64,000 bases of DNA from Longimicrobiales bacterium. GTDB lineage: Bacteria > Gemmatimonadota > Gemmatimonadetes > Longimicrobiales > Gaopeijiaceae. The stretch's first letter is position 1. Each line of letters opens with the position of its first letter. The stretch is from the NCBI GenBank assembly GCA_965198065.1, contig CBDAON010000004.1:2176001-2240000 (forward strand), read 5' to 3'. Positions 18,041-28,646 of the stretch are shown one piece after another. The position numbers and the translations under genes were made by a program. The notes under the pieces were generated by a model. That model saw nothing but the letters and a program-made list of their open reading frames with translations, ran no database searches and was not told where the DNA came from.

Positions 18041-19177
18041 CTACAGGACCTCCGCGAGGTCCGCCGCGAGCAAGCCGGCCTGCCACGCCCGAATCCCGGG
18101 GACGCGACCCAAGCTCTCCGCCGATGACGGCGGGCTCTCAGCCAGGAGCTGAAGCACCGAGTTCGCGAGGAGCGTACCCTTGTCGATGCCCAGCTCCGAG
18201 GCGCTGGCGTTCCTCACCGCCTTGAGCCTGGCGAGGCGGGCCTCGACCTCCGGTGCGGGACGTCGCCCGGATCCGTTCCCTCTGCGCGGCGTCCGGGGAT
18301 AGCCCCGAATCTCAACGTCCGGCGCTCGATCTACGCTCCGCAGGCTAACGAGGAGCTCCTCACCGCTTCGACGGGCCAGACGGGCACTCATGCCCGGAAT
18401 CTTCTCGAGCTCGCGAATCGAGCCGGGTGACCGCTTCGCCACTTCCAGAAGGACCGTGTCTCCCGCCACCCGGAAGAGCGCCCGATCCTGCTCCTTCGCG
18501 ATGCGATTCCGCCACTCGAGCGCCTCCCGAAGGCGCGCGACCTGTCTTGGCTCCAGCTCTCGGGCCGGTCGGACCCGGGTCACGGGATCGCCGTTCGGCT
18601 CCTCCTCGAAGCGCACCTTCTCGAGTTCGCGGAACTCCTCCTTGGCCCACGCCACGCGGCCCTTCTCCTCCAGTTCACGCAAAAGATGCTCCCGGAGCTC
18701 CACGAGGTACGCGGTGTCTTGTGCGGCGTACTCCCTCATGGGATCGGGTATGGGGCGTTCGGCCCAGTCCGCTTTCTGGTATTTCTTCGACACCTGGACC
18801 CCCAGGCGCTCCCTGAGGAGGGGAGAGAGCCCGATGCCCTGGGCTCCGACAAGCGACGCGGCGATCTGTGTGTCGAAGAGGCCGGTCACACCGATCCCGA
18901 GATCCCGATGCACCAGTCGGACGTCGAAGTCCGCCCCGTGCATGACCAGCTCGACTCCGGGGTCCTCAAGCGCCGCCTTCAAATGGGGCGCCGGGTCTAC
19001 CGAGAGCGGATCGATGAGGAAGGTCAGCGATCCGACCGTGACCTGGAGAAGGCAAAGGCGGTCGGAGTACCGATGGTAGCCCGCGGCCTCGCAGTCCAGC
19101 CCAATCCGGTTCGTGGTGGACAGGGCAGCGCCCACGGAGTTAAGCCCCTCGCGGCCCTCGACATATCGGATCTCCAT
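18041..19177 (-). CDS. rnd: Ribonuclease D (3'-5' exonuclease plus HRDC domains)
   Basis: GLDCE, HGADFD, FDTQIAA, QKADW..RP, YAAQD motifs. Confidence 0.88.
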   Translation of the reverse strand: MEIRYVEGREGLNSVGAALSTTNRIGLDCEAAGYHRYSDRLCLLQVTVGSLTFLIDPLSVDPAPHLKAALEDPGVELVMHGADFDVRLVHRDLGIGVTGLFDTQIAASLVGAQGIGLSPLLRERLGVQVSKKYQKADWAERPIPDPMREYAAQDTAYLVELREHLLRELEEKGRVAWAKEEFRELEKVRFEEEPNGDPVTRVRPARELEPRQVARLREALEWRNRIAKEQDRALFRVAGDTVLLEVAKRSPGSIRELEKIPGMSARLARRSGEELLVSLRSVDRAPDVEIRGYPRTPRRGNGSGRRPAPEVEARLARLKAVRNASASELGIDKGTLLANSVLQLLAESPPSSAESLGRVPGIRAWQAGLLAADLAEVL

Positions 19178-19475
19178 CCCCTACCGTCCACCTCCGAGCG
19201 CGGGACCGGGAAATCGATGATTGATACACACTTCCGGGCCCTTTGTTCCGCTCAATCAGGGGCGTCCGGCCGGGCACTCCATGCGGCCGGTAGCGGGTCA
19301 AAACGACCCATGACCGGGGCGGTCGGGGTGGGGTTGCATCGGGGCATCCAGGCGCCGCAACTTCGCTTTCGCCTTCTCTGCGCTCGTCACCGGCCCGGCT
19401 CCGAGCGAAGCTCCACATGGGTAGGGTGACCGGTGCCGAACCCCTGCAGGACGACCCCGACAGAGGCGGTGCCCC

Positions 19476-20811
19476 ATGCTCCGCACGAAAGTCGTCTGCA
19501 CGATCGGGCCCGCGACGACCGGCCCCGCAGAGATCCTAGCCCTTGCGGAGGGCGGGATGGACGTCGCGCGTCTGAACCTGTCTCACGGGGACCACGTGCA
19601 TCACCGGAGCGTGATCCGGGCCGTCCGGGAAGCCGCGGAGGCGACCGGGCGCCCGAGTCACGTTTGCCTCCGAGACGGCGGCCGGAGAGGGCGAGATTCC
19701 CACCACCTACGCTGGGCTCGCCGAGGATGTGCGGGCCGGCGACCGGATCCTCGTGGACGACGGCCTCTTGGACCTGGAGTGCGAGGCGGCCGAGGGGGAG
19801 CGCGTGACGCTCAGGGTTGTGAGAGGGGGCCTTCTCAGGTCCGGAAAGGGGATCAACATCCCGGCACGGGCGCTCTCCATCCCCAGCATCACCGCGAAGG
19901 ACGAGGACGATCTGGATTTTGTGCTCGGGGAGGGGGTGGAGTACGTCGGGCTCTCCTTCGTGCGGCGCGCCGCGGACGTGCGCGGGCTCCGCGAGCGCGT
20001 GGGCGGCCGCGCCCTTCTCGTGGCCAAGATCGAGCTCGCGCAGGCCCTCGCCCACGTCGACGAGATCCTAGAGGCCTCAGATCTGGTAATGGTCGCCCGC
20101 GGAGATCTCGGGGTCGAGCTCCCGTTCGAGGAGGTGCCGCTCGCGCAGAAGCGGATCATCCAGAAGGCGAACCTGCACGCCCGTCCCGTGATCACGGCCA
20201 CGCAGATGCTCGAGTCCATGATCGAGCACGCGCGCCCCACGCGGGCGGAGGCGTCGGATGCCGCGAACGCGGTGCTGGACGGCACCGACGCCGTGATGCT
20301 GTCGGGTGAAACGGCGGTGGGCAGCTATCCCCTGCTCGCGCTCGAGGCCATCGTTCGCATCGCGCGGGAGATCGAGCGGAGCGGCGTCCTCGAGCGGGGG
20401 CCAAGGCATCTGGACGACCCTCGGCACGAGGCGCGGCTCGGCGCTTCCCGTCGCGAGCACGCGGTCGCGCTGGCGGCCGTGGACGCCGCTCGTCACCTGG
20501 AGGCGCCCGCGGTGCTCGTGATCACTCGGAGCGGCTTCTCGGCCCGCCTCGTGTCGTCCCACCGGCCTCCCGCTCCCATCTTCGCGGTCACGACCGAGCC
20601 GGAGACCTACCGACAGCTCGCCGCCGTCTGGGGCGTACGACCTCTCCTGGCCCGGGAACGGGAAGTCAGTTATGAATCGCTCAGCGCGTTCGGGAAGCGG
20701 GCGATCCTGGAGGCGCGAACGGGCCGAGAGGGCGACTCGATTGTGCTCACGTCAGGGTACCCGTTCCATGAGCCGGGAACCACGAACACACTGAGGGTGG
20801 AGCTCCTCTGA
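19476..20811 (+). pseudogene. pyk: Pyruvate kinase disrupted by an internal deletion and frameshift near 19655
   Basis: [18 protein letters not shown] in one frame; [33 protein letters not shown] in another; the DLxGPKIR segment is missing. Confidence 0.85.
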
Positions 20812-20883
20812 CTCGCTCGTCGTGGCAGACGTAGCGCGGCCCGCCGCGATCGTGCTGGGAACCCCCCGGAAGGGCGACGGCCG

Positions 20884-21684
20884 GTGAGGCTCACGTTTCT
20901 CGGGACCGGTACGTCGTTCGGGATCCCGGTCGTGGGGTGCGGCTGCCGGGTGTGCTCCTCGGGCGACCCTCGTGATCGACGCACCCGGCACGCGGCCCTC
21001 CTCTCGTTCGGCGACGGACGGCGGGTGCTGATCGACACGCCTCCCGAGCTCCGGCTCCAGCTCCTCCGTGAGGCGGTGGATCGGATCGACGCCGTATGGT
21101 TCACCCACGTCCACGCCGATCACCTGCACGGGATCGATGACCTTCGCATCTTCTCGCTCCGGTCCGGTCGCGCGGTGCCCGCGCACGCATCCATGGAGGC
21201 ACGGAGGGTCTTGGAGCACCGTTACGACTACATCTTTGATCTCGCGCAGCTTCCAGAACGCGGCACGTCGAAGCCGCAGATCACGCTCCACACGATCGAG
21301 CGAGGGCGAGTCGAACGCGTGGCTGGTGAACCGTTCACGCCGCTCGAGGTCCCGCACGGCTCGATCCGGGTGATGGGGTTCCGGGTCGGCGCGCTGGGGT
21401 ACGTGACCGATGCGAAGAAGCTCCCGCCCGCGACGGTTGACGCGCTCCGGGGAGTCCGTGTTCTCGTTCTGAATGCTCTCTGGTGGGGAGATCCGCACCC
21501 GACGCACTTTAACGTCGAGGAGGCGCTCGACACGGCGCGTTTGATCGGAGCGCGACAGACGTTCCTGACCCACCTCACGCACCGGGTCGCGCACGCCGAG
21601 CTTGAGGCGAACCTCCCGTCCGGGGTCGCTCCCGCGTACGACGGACTCTCGGTCGAAGTGCCGGGGACCGAAGGGGAGCCATGA
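20884..21684 (+). CDS. MBL-fold metallo-hydrolase (PhnP/YycJ-like)
   Basis: FLGTGTSFGIP..GCGCRVC, THVHADHLHG, YVTD, THLTH motifs. Confidence 0.88.
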   Translation: MRLTFLGTGTSFGIPVVGCGCRVCSSGDPRDRRTRHAALLSFGDGRRVLIDTPPELRLQLLREAVDRIDAVWFTHVHADHLHGIDDLRIFSLRSGRAVPAHASMEARRVLEHRYDYIFDLAQLPERGTSKPQITLHTIERGRVERVAGEPFTPLEVPHGSIRVMGFRVGALGYVTDAKKLPPATVDALRGVRVLVLNALWWGDPHPTHFNVEEALDTARLIGARQTFLTHLTHRVAHAELEANLPSGVAPAYDGLSVEVPGTEGEP

Positions 21685-23084
21685 CTCTCGTTCGACTCCA
21701 GCCCGCGAACATGCTCGCATCGGCGCTCGGCTCCTCCGGGACCCGGGACACGCGGCTGGACGGCGACCTGGCCGCCCGATTCGATGAGGCGCACGCCGCG
21801 GTCACGACCCGACGCAGTGCGGGCGCGATGGGGTTCTACGACCTCCCCTACGACCGTGATGCCGCGACGCAAGTCCAGGAGGTCGCGGATTCCTTCGGGC
21901 AGTGGTTTCAGTCGTTCGTGGTTGTCGGCATCGGGGGGTCGAGCCTCGGCGCGCGGGCCATCGGCGATGCGCTGCGGGGGCCGCTGTGGAACGAGCGCTC
22001 CCCGGAGGGGCGAGAGCACTTCCCGCGGCTCTATTTCCTCGAGAACGCCGATCCCGACACGCTCCACGCCCTCTTGGACCACCTGGACCTGCGCACGACG
22101 CTCTTCAACGTGGTGAGCAAGTCCGGGTCGACGGTCGAGACGATGGCCCAATACCTGATTCTCGAGGAGGCGCTGGGGCGGGTCGTGGAGGCCGATCGGC
22201 TCCGGGCGCACCTCCTCTTCACGACCGACGCGTCGGATGGAGCTCTACGCCACCTCGCGCAAAAGCTGGGCGTCCCCGCGCTGGCCATTCCTCCCACGGT
22301 GGGGGGCCGATACTCCGTACTCTCTAGCGTGGGGCTCCTTCCGGCGGCGGTGGTTGGAGTCGATGTCGGAGACCTCCTCTCTGGGGCGGCGGAGATGGAG
22401 GCGCTCTGTCGCGCGCCGTCCCTTCGCGAGAATCCGGCGGGGCTCTTCGCGACGCTCCTCCATGTGGCTCACGTGGAGCGGGGGCAGTCGATCCACGTGT
22501 TGATGCCCTACTCGGATCGGCTTCGAACCTTCGCACTCTGGCTCCGGCAGCTCTGGGCGGAGTCGCTGGGGAAGGCTCACGACCGGGAGGGACGGCTCGT
22601 CGAGACCGGCCCCACGCCACTCGCGGCCGTGGGCGCTGTGGACCAGCACTCCATCCTCCAGCTCCTGATGGAAGGACCCCGGGACAAAGTCGTGTGCCTC
22701 TTCCGCGTCCGCGAGCGGGAGCATCCGATGGACATCCCCAGGCTCCACTCAGAGCTTTCCGTGCCGGCCCGCCTCGGCGGGCACACTTTGGAAGCCCTCC
22801 TCGAGAACGAGCGACGCGCCACAGCCGAGGCTCTCCGGGAGGCGGGGCGGCCCTCCCTCTCGATCGAGGTCGAGCGCCTCGATGCGCGATCGCTGGGTGC
22901 CCTCTTCATGCTGTTCGAGATCGCGACCGCGTACGCGGGGGAGCTCTACGGCGTGGACCCGCTGAACCAGCCCGGGGTCGAGCTGGGGAAGACGATCACG
23001 AATCGAATGCTCGCGGCGGCGGCCGACTGGCCGGCGGGGCCCCAGCACGAGTCCCATGAGGGGGGAGGAGATCCCTCCGGCTGA
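21681..23084 (+). CDS. pgi: Glucose-6-phosphate isomerase
   Basis: GIGGSSLG, SKSGSTVET, VGGRYSVLS, QLWAESLGK, DQHS, NQPGVELGK motifs. Confidence 0.93.
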   Translation: MTLVRLQPANMLASALGSSGTRDTRLDGDLAARFDEAHAAVTTRRSAGAMGFYDLPYDRDAATQVQEVADSFGQWFQSFVVVGIGGSSLGARAIGDALRGPLWNERSPEGREHFPRLYFLENADPDTLHALLDHLDLRTTLFNVVSKSGSTVETMAQYLILEEALGRVVEADRLRAHLLFTTDASDGALRHLAQKLGVPALAIPPTVGGRYSVLSSVGLLPAAVVGVDVGDLLSGAAEMEALCRAPSLRENPAGLFATLLHVAHVERGQSIHVLMPYSDRLRTFALWLRQLWAESLGKAHDREGRLVETGPTPLAAVGAVDQHSILQLLMEGPRDKVVCLFRVREREHPMDIPRLHSELSVPARLGGHTLEALLENERRATAEALREAGRPSLSIEVERLDARSLGALFMLFEIATAYAGELYGVDPLNQPGVELGKTITNRMLAAAADWPAGPQHESHEGGGDPSG

Positions 23085-23175
23085 TAAGGAACTCCGTCCG
23101 CGTGACATGGTAGTACCACCGCCGCCGGGACCCCGGCCGCCGACCCGTCCGAAGCCGAGTTCTGGAGATCGAGCC

Positions 23176-23586
23176 ATGCGCGACCGCGACGACGCACCGT
23201 ACATCGTGGTGGAAAGGGAACACAGCGGAGGCGTCGGTGCCTTCATACTGGGAGCGCTGCTCGGCGCGGGAGTGGCCCTGCTTCTCGCGCCCCGATCCGG
23301 GGCGGAAACCCAGCAGCAGATCCGGGAAGGGGCGGCGAAGATCCGCGATGCGGCGGAGGAAAAGGTCCGAGAGGTCCAGCGCCAGCTCGAGGGCCGGCTC
23401 GAGAATGCCCGTGCGGAGGTCAGAGGCCGGGTGGAGCAGGTCAGGGAGGCGGTCGAGGCGGGACGCGAGGCCGCACAGGACGCGAGGGCCGAGCTGGAGA
23501 GCCGGATCGAACGGTCCAAGGCCGCGTATCGGGCGGGGACGGAGGATGCCGGCGGGGCTTCCGTGGAGGAGCCGGAGGAGAGCTGA
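23176..23586 (+). CDS. YtxH domain protein
   Basis: FILGALLGAGVALLLAPRSG followed by coiled coil. Confidence 0.8.
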   Translation: MRDRDDAPYIVVEREHSGGVGAFILGALLGAGVALLLAPRSGAETQQQIREGAAKIRDAAEEKVREVQRQLEGRLENARAEVRGRVEQVREAVEAGREAAQDARAELESRIERSKAAYRAGTEDAGGASVEEPEES

Positions 23587-24501
23587 CCCCGCTCCCACAC
23601 GAGCGGACGGAAGGCAGCCCGAGCGTCGTCGGATCCATCGGGTCCGAGTCGGCCCTCTTCCTGCGCGAGCTGCGGATCCGATCCATCGAGTCCGATCTGT
23701 TCTTCATGGCCGGCGCCATCACGTTCAACGTGCTGGTGGCGATCGTCCCCTTCCTTCTCGTGGCCGTCGGCATCGGGAGCTTCCTCGCGGCCGCCCGGAT
23801 CGGTGAGGGCCCGAACCAGCTGCTGGATGTCGTCCTCTCATATCTTCCTGCGCTCCAGGGAGACGCGGACCTGGTCGAGCCCCTGGGGCGGCTCCTTGAG
23901 GAAATCGTAGCCGAGCGAGCCGGCTTCTCCCTGCTCGGAGCACTCGTCCTTCTCTGGACATCGACCCGCCTCGTGGCCTGCCTCCGGATCGCGCTCCGGG
24001 ACGTCTTCGAGCTGGAGCGCCATCGTGGGCTCCTGGCCGGCAAGGCGTTCGATCTCGTCACGGTCATCGTCGCGGGAGGGCTCCTGCTCCTGAACGTGGG
24101 GATCACGGTAGGGGCGCGGACGCTCCAGGCCATGGGGATCGTGGTGCTGGGAATCGGGGGGACCGCGGCGGCGTTCCTCCAGAACGCAACGGGCCTGTTC
24201 CTCTCGGTGGCCTCGGCGTGGGTGCTCTTCTTCCTCGTCTACTGGAAGGTTCCGGCCGGTCGGATCCCCTTTCGCACGGCCGCGGTGGGCGCGACCTTTA
24301 CCGCGGTGGCATACGAGCTGATGAAAGGGCGGCTTCGCCTGGTTCGCGACCTCGGTGGCCGACTATTCGAGCGTGTACGGAAACCTCGCGGTGGCCGCCA
24401 TCCTCTTCTTCTGGATCTATTACAGCGCGGTCGTGTTCATCCTGGGAGGCCAGGTGGCGCGGGTCTACGAGATCAGGAGCGCGTCCTCGGCAGCAAGCTA
24501 G
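23583..24501 (+). pseudogene. YihY/BrkB family membrane protein with a +1 frameshift near 24325
   Basis: MAGAITFNVLVAIVPFLL in one frame; YSSVYGNLAVAAILFFWIYYSAVVFILG in the next frame; start approximate (CTG overlapping upstream stop). Confidence 0.75.
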
Positions 24502-24505
24502 GAGC

Positions 24506-24970
24506 ATGGCGGACGAGCCCTCCGGACGTCGGGTCATCGCCACGAACCGCAAGGCTCGTCACGAGTACGAGATCCTCGATACCTGGGAAGCGGGTCTCGT
24601 CCTCGCCGGCCCGGAGGTGAAATCGATACGCGCGGGTCACGTGTCCTTCACGGACACGTTCGCTCGTGTGGACGGGGGCGAGGTCTGGATCTACAATCTG
24701 CACATCTCGCCGTACGATCCCGCGAGCCGATGGAACCTGGACCCCGAGAGACCGCGGAAGCTCTTGCTCCACGGGCGCGAAATCCGAAAGCTGGTCGGTA
24801 GGGTGGAGGAGCGCGGCTTGTCCCTGATCCCCCTCGACGTCTACTTCAGAGGCGGATATGCCAAGACGACGCTCGCGCTGGGTCGAGGAAAGCGCTTGTA
24901 CGACAAGAGAGAGACGCTGAAGCGCCGGATCCAGGAGCGCGAGGCCCGGCGCCAGGAGAAGGACGATTGA
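24506..24970 (+). CDS. smpB: SsrA-binding protein
   Basis: IATNRKARHEY, EAGLVLAGPEVKSIR, RKLLLH, GRGKRLYDKR. Confidence 0.95.
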   Translation: MADEPSGRRVIATNRKARHEYEILDTWEAGLVLAGPEVKSIRAGHVSFTDTFARVDGGEVWIYNLHISPYDPASRWNLDPERPRKLLLHGREIRKLVGRVEERGLSLIPLDVYFRGGYAKTTLALGRGKRLYDKRETLKRRIQEREARRQEKDD

Positions 24971-26253
24971 TCCGGATGAGAGCCCCGGCTGTCCGCCCCC
25001 CGATCACCCTCCTCGCCTCCGCGTTTGTCGTTGCGGCCGTGTTCGAGCCGGCGGCCGGCCAGTCCTTCGAGTCGCTCCCGATTCACCTACCGGACGGGAT
25101 ACGGGCCTCCGTCCCCGTAGTGCGGCACCGGGACTATCCGGCCGTCCCGGCGGCGGCGCTTATCCCCCTGGGTTGGACCGTCGTGCTTGGGGCGGACCGG
25201 GTGGAAGCCGTGCTCCGCCACCCCGCCGGAGTCGAAATCTCCCTCGCCGCGGGCTCCCCGTTCATCCGGTGGAGCGGCGAGCTCGTCCAGCTCATGCACT
25301 CGCCCTACTGGTTCGGGGACACGCTGTACCTCCCCCTCCAACTGCTCGCGGACATCTTCCCGGCCGGGATGCCGGAGACCTACAGCTTCGACCCCGAAGA
25401 TCGGGTGCTCGAGGTGGCGGGTCCGTTCGGGGGCCCCGCTCCGGCTGCCCAGCCGGCTGGTGGGCCTCCCGCGCCCGGCGCCGCCGCGGCTGGGCCGAAC
25501 CCGCCTGTCCCCCCGGCGGTTCCGGACGGCCCCAGAGCGCCGCGCGTTGTGATCGTCGACCCGGGGCACGGCGGGTCGGACCCCGGCGCGGTCGGGGAGG
25601 GGGGCCTGAGAGAGAAGGACGTTGCGCTCGCCATCGCCCTCGCGCTGGCGCGGGAGCTCGCCCAGGATTCCGATATCGAGGTGCGGCTGACCCGGGACCG
25701 TGACGTGGACGTCCCGCTCTTGACCCGTGGAGAGTGGGCCACGGAGTGGAAGGGCGATCGGCCGGGCGTCTTCATCTCCCTCCATGCGAACGCGCTGACA
25801 GATCGCGAGGGGGTCCGTGGGTTCGAGACCTACTTCCTCTCTGAGGCGAGGGACGAGAGCGAGCGGCGGGTCGCCGCTCTGGAGAACGCGCCCCTGGCCG
25901 CTCTCTCCTCCGCTATGGACGTCGGATCCGGCGCGCAGGATCCGCTGCTCGGATCGATCCTGATGGATCTGGCGGCGTTCGATCACCCGCGCTGGTCCGC
26001 CGATCTGGCCCGACGGGTCCAGCAGGAGCTGGGCGGCTTCCACCTGGGCACCGATCGCGGCGTGAAGCAGGGGCCGTTTGCGGTGATCACAAGCGCCGTG
26101 ATGCCGTCGGTGCTCGTCGAGATCGGGTTCGTCACGAACCTCGAGGAGGAGCGACTGCTCTCTCGCCCGGAGTTCCACCGGGACGCGGCTCAGGCCCTGG
26201 CTCGCGCGGTCAGGGAGTTCTTCGGGGGCTACCCCCCCGGGCCAGCGGACTGA
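24967..26253 (+). CDS. N-acetylmuramoyl-L-alanine amidase (Amidase_3)
   Basis: VDPGHGGSDPGA, EKDVAL, FISLHAN, GFETY, PSVLVEIGF; signal peptide. Confidence 0.9.
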   Translation: MIRMRAPAVRPPITLLASAFVVAAVFEPAAGQSFESLPIHLPDGIRASVPVVRHRDYPAVPAAALIPLGWTVVLGADRVEAVLRHPAGVEISLAAGSPFIRWSGELVQLMHSPYWFGDTLYLPLQLLADIFPAGMPETYSFDPEDRVLEVAGPFGGPAPAAQPAGGPPAPGAAAAGPNPPVPPAVPDGPRAPRVVIVDPGHGGSDPGAVGEGGLREKDVALAIALALARELAQDSDIEVRLTRDRDVDVPLLTRGEWATEWKGDRPGVFISLHANALTDREGVRGFETYFLSEARDESERRVAALENAPLAALSSAMDVGSGAQDPLLGSILMDLAAFDHPRWSADLARRVQQELGGFHLGTDRGVKQGPFAVITSAVMPSVLVEIGFVTNLEEERLLSRPEFHRDAAQALARAVREFFGGYPPGPAD

Positions 26254-26256
26254 CGG

Positions 26257-28089
26257 GTGGACCTCGCGGTCGATCTCCTCGGCGTCCGGTTCAGGAACCC
26301 TGTCCTCCTCGCCGCCGGGACGTGCGGGTTCGGGGAGGAGGTCCAATCGGTCGTGGACCTCCAGGCGCTCGGAGGCCTGGTGACGAAGTCGGTCACGCTC
26401 GACGCCCGGTGGGGAAGCCCTCCGCCACGGGTCGCCGAGTTCCGCGCCGGCATGCTGAACTCCGTGGGCCTCGCGAACCCGGGGGCGCGCGCCGTTTTGG
26501 AGGAGAAGCTCCCGTGGATCCGGGACCACCTGGACGGGCTCCCGGTCTTCGTCAGCGTGGCCGGACATCGACCGGACGAGTATTGGGAAGTGGTCGAGAG
26601 GCTCGATCCGGGTCCCGCGTTCGTGGGCTTCGAGCTGAACCTCTCCTGTCCAAACGACGCCCGGCGGAGCGGGCTTCCGTTCGCCCTGGACCCGGACGCC
26701 CTCTTTCGGGTCGTGTCCGGCGTGAGGGAGCGGACTCGGCGACCGCTCCTGGCGAAGCTGGCCCCGAACACCGCGGATTGGGGTCCGGTGGTCCAGGCGG
26801 CGGAGGAGGGCGGAGCCGATGCGCTCACGATGGTGAACACGCTCCCCGGTCTTCTCCTGGACCCCCGGACCCGACGGCCCCTTCTCGGGGCCGGGGCCGG
26901 CGGCGTGAGCGGGCCTGCGCTCCGGGCTCTGGGGATGCATGCGGTCTGGACCGCCTCCCGCCTCACGCGCCTCCCGCTCCTCGGGGTTGGCGGGATCGCC
27001 ACGGGAGAAGACGCGGCTGAGTACGTCCTGGCCGGGGCCACGCTCGTACAGGTGGGCACAGCGTCCTTCTGGGACCCCCGGGCCCCGGGTCGAGTAGTGG
27101 AGGGGCTCCGGCGGTTCGGAGCTTCCCAGGGAGTCCGTCACATGGCCGACATCGTAGGGGGGGCCCTGCCGCCGGCCCGCCCACCGTCCGATCCGGCCGG
27201 TGAGGGTAGTCGTCCGGACCCGGCGCGGACCCGGAGCGAGCGGGTCGGGTCGCCGGACCGGAGCGGGGCGGCGTCCGGGCGACCTGGTACGACCGACTCG
27301 GGGTCCCCCCGCACGCCGGACACGGAGACCTCACGCGCGCCCGACACGGAAGCTGCCCGCACGACGGACATGGGGGGATCCCGCGTGGCTGAGCTAGTCG
27401 TCGCGCTGGACTTTCCGCGTCCAGCTTCCGCGCTAGCCCTCGTGGAGCGGCTCGGATCGGTTCCCCGCTCCTTCAAGGTCGGCCTCGAGCTCTTCACTGC
27501 GGGGGGGCCGGCCGTCGTGCGGGAGCTCGTGTCGAGGGGCGGGCGCGTGTTCCTGGATCTCAAGCTCCACGACATTCCCAACACAGTTGGCGGGGCGGCG
27601 GCCGCGGCCGCGGAGCTCGACGCGACCTACTTGACGGTGCACGCAGGGGGCGGCGGAAGGATGGTCGCCGCGGCGCGGCGCGCGGTGGAGGGCTCGGCGA
27701 CCCGAGTGCTGGCGGTGACGGTGCTGACCTCTCTGTCTGCCGAGGACCTTGCCGAGATCCGGGGCACAGGTGCCCCGGATCCCATGGAGGAGGCGGCCCG
27801 CTTGGCCCGACTCGCTGTGGACTCGGGTGCGCACGGCGTCGTGGCCTCGGTGGGGGAAGTCGCGGGTCTTCGGTCGGTGGTCGGGGCGGACGCGCTCATG
27901 GCGGCCCCGGGAATACGGCTTCCCGGCGACGAGGTTGACGACCAGAGGCGGGTTTTCGGCCCCGCGGAAGCCATCCACGCCGGAGCGGACCTTCTCGTAG
28001 TCGGGCGGCCGATCAGCCGGGCCTCCGATCCCGCCGCCGCGCTCGGGCGCTTCCTGTCCGCGATGCGGCCGGAGATGTCGGAGACATGA
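26257..28089 (+). CDS. Dihydroorotate dehydrogenase (family 1) in one ORF with OMP decarboxylase (PyrF part from about 27385)
   Basis: NPVLLAAGTCG, ELNLSCPN, GGVSG (PyrD); VALD, KVGLELF, FLDLKLHDIPNTV, PGIR, VVGRPI (PyrF); no intervening stop. Confidence 0.88.
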   Translation: MDLAVDLLGVRFRNPVLLAAGTCGFGEEVQSVVDLQALGGLVTKSVTLDARWGSPPPRVAEFRAGMLNSVGLANPGARAVLEEKLPWIRDHLDGLPVFVSVAGHRPDEYWEVVERLDPGPAFVGFELNLSCPNDARRSGLPFALDPDALFRVVSGVRERTRRPLLAKLAPNTADWGPVVQAAEEGGADALTMVNTLPGLLLDPRTRRPLLGAGAGGVSGPALRALGMHAVWTASRLTRLPLLGVGGIATGEDAAEYVLAGATLVQVGTASFWDPRAPGRVVEGLRRFGASQGVRHMADIVGGALPPARPPSDPAGEGSRPDPARTRSERVGSPDRSGAASGRPGTTDSGSPRTPDTETSRAPDTEAARTTDMGGSRVAELVVALDFPRPASALALVERLGSVPRSFKVGLELFTAGGPAVVRELVSRGGRVFLDLKLHDIPNTVGGAAAAAAELDATYLTVHAGGGGRMVAAARRAVEGSATRVLAVTVLTSLSAEDLAEIRGTGAPDPMEEAARLARLAVDSGAHGVVASVGEVAGLRSVVGADALMAAPGIRLPGDEVDDQRRVFGPAEAIHAGADLLVVGRPISRASDPAAALGRFLSAMRPEMSET

Positions 28090-28646
28090 GGGCCCCGGGC
28101 GCTCGAAGCCCCCAGGGCGGCGCGGCCGCGCTCTTCCTGGCCGTCACGATCGTGGGATCGGAAGGGCCGGCTCCGACCCTTCCGGTGACGGCGGCGGTGT
28201 GGCTTCCGGCGCGGGCCGCCGGGCCCGGCGCTCTGCCGGCCCCCCGCCCCACGCTGGCGTCGGACACGATCGAGGTCGCGTCGAATCCCCTGGAGGGGGC
28301 GGCGCGCGCGTTCGCGCGCGCTCTGCTCGACCCGTCCGGGGACGCTGTGGACGGTATCCTCGGCTCGGGCGGGATTCGACTCCAGCTCGACGCGGCCGCG
28401 CACGCGGGCCTTTCGTCCCGCCAGGCCGTGGCCTCTCTCCGCGACTTCCTGCGTGAGTACGAGGGCGCGCAGACGGCGGTGACCCGGGCTGCCCCGGTCG
28501 CGGGGTCACCGGACCGCGGCTTCGCCGAGGTCCACTGGTCGGCGAGGGTCGCGGGGACGTCGCAGGCGCTCCGGCGCGTGCTTTTCGTCGGGCTCGTCGA
28601 GATCTCGGGTGAGTGGCGGGTGGACGAGATCCGATTCGTCCCGTGA
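28086..28646 (+). CDS. Hypothetical exported protein
   Basis: Start and stop overlap pyrF and cysS (translational coupling); N-terminal hydrophobic stretch. Confidence 0.6.
   Translation: MRAPGARSPQGGAAALFLAVTIVGSEGPAPTLPVTAAVWLPARAAGPGALPAPRPTLASDTIEVASNPLEGAARAFARALLDPSGDAVDGILGSGGIRLQLDAAAHAGLSSRQAVASLRDFLREYEGAQTAVTRAAPVAGSPDRGFAEVHWSARVAGTSQALRRVLFVGLVEISGEWRVDEIRFVP

Noticed and set aside
19178..19475. Hairpins in the rnd-pyk divergent spacer as an ncRNA
   Set aside because: Stems are short and GC-only, as expected by chance; no recognisable RNA family.
25087..27141. Long antisense or alternate-frame ORFs (also 9216-11168, 13176-14933, 30806-32491, 33644-35188)
   Set aside because: Shadow ORFs of real genes in high-GC DNA; Arg/Pro/Gly-rich with no family motifs.
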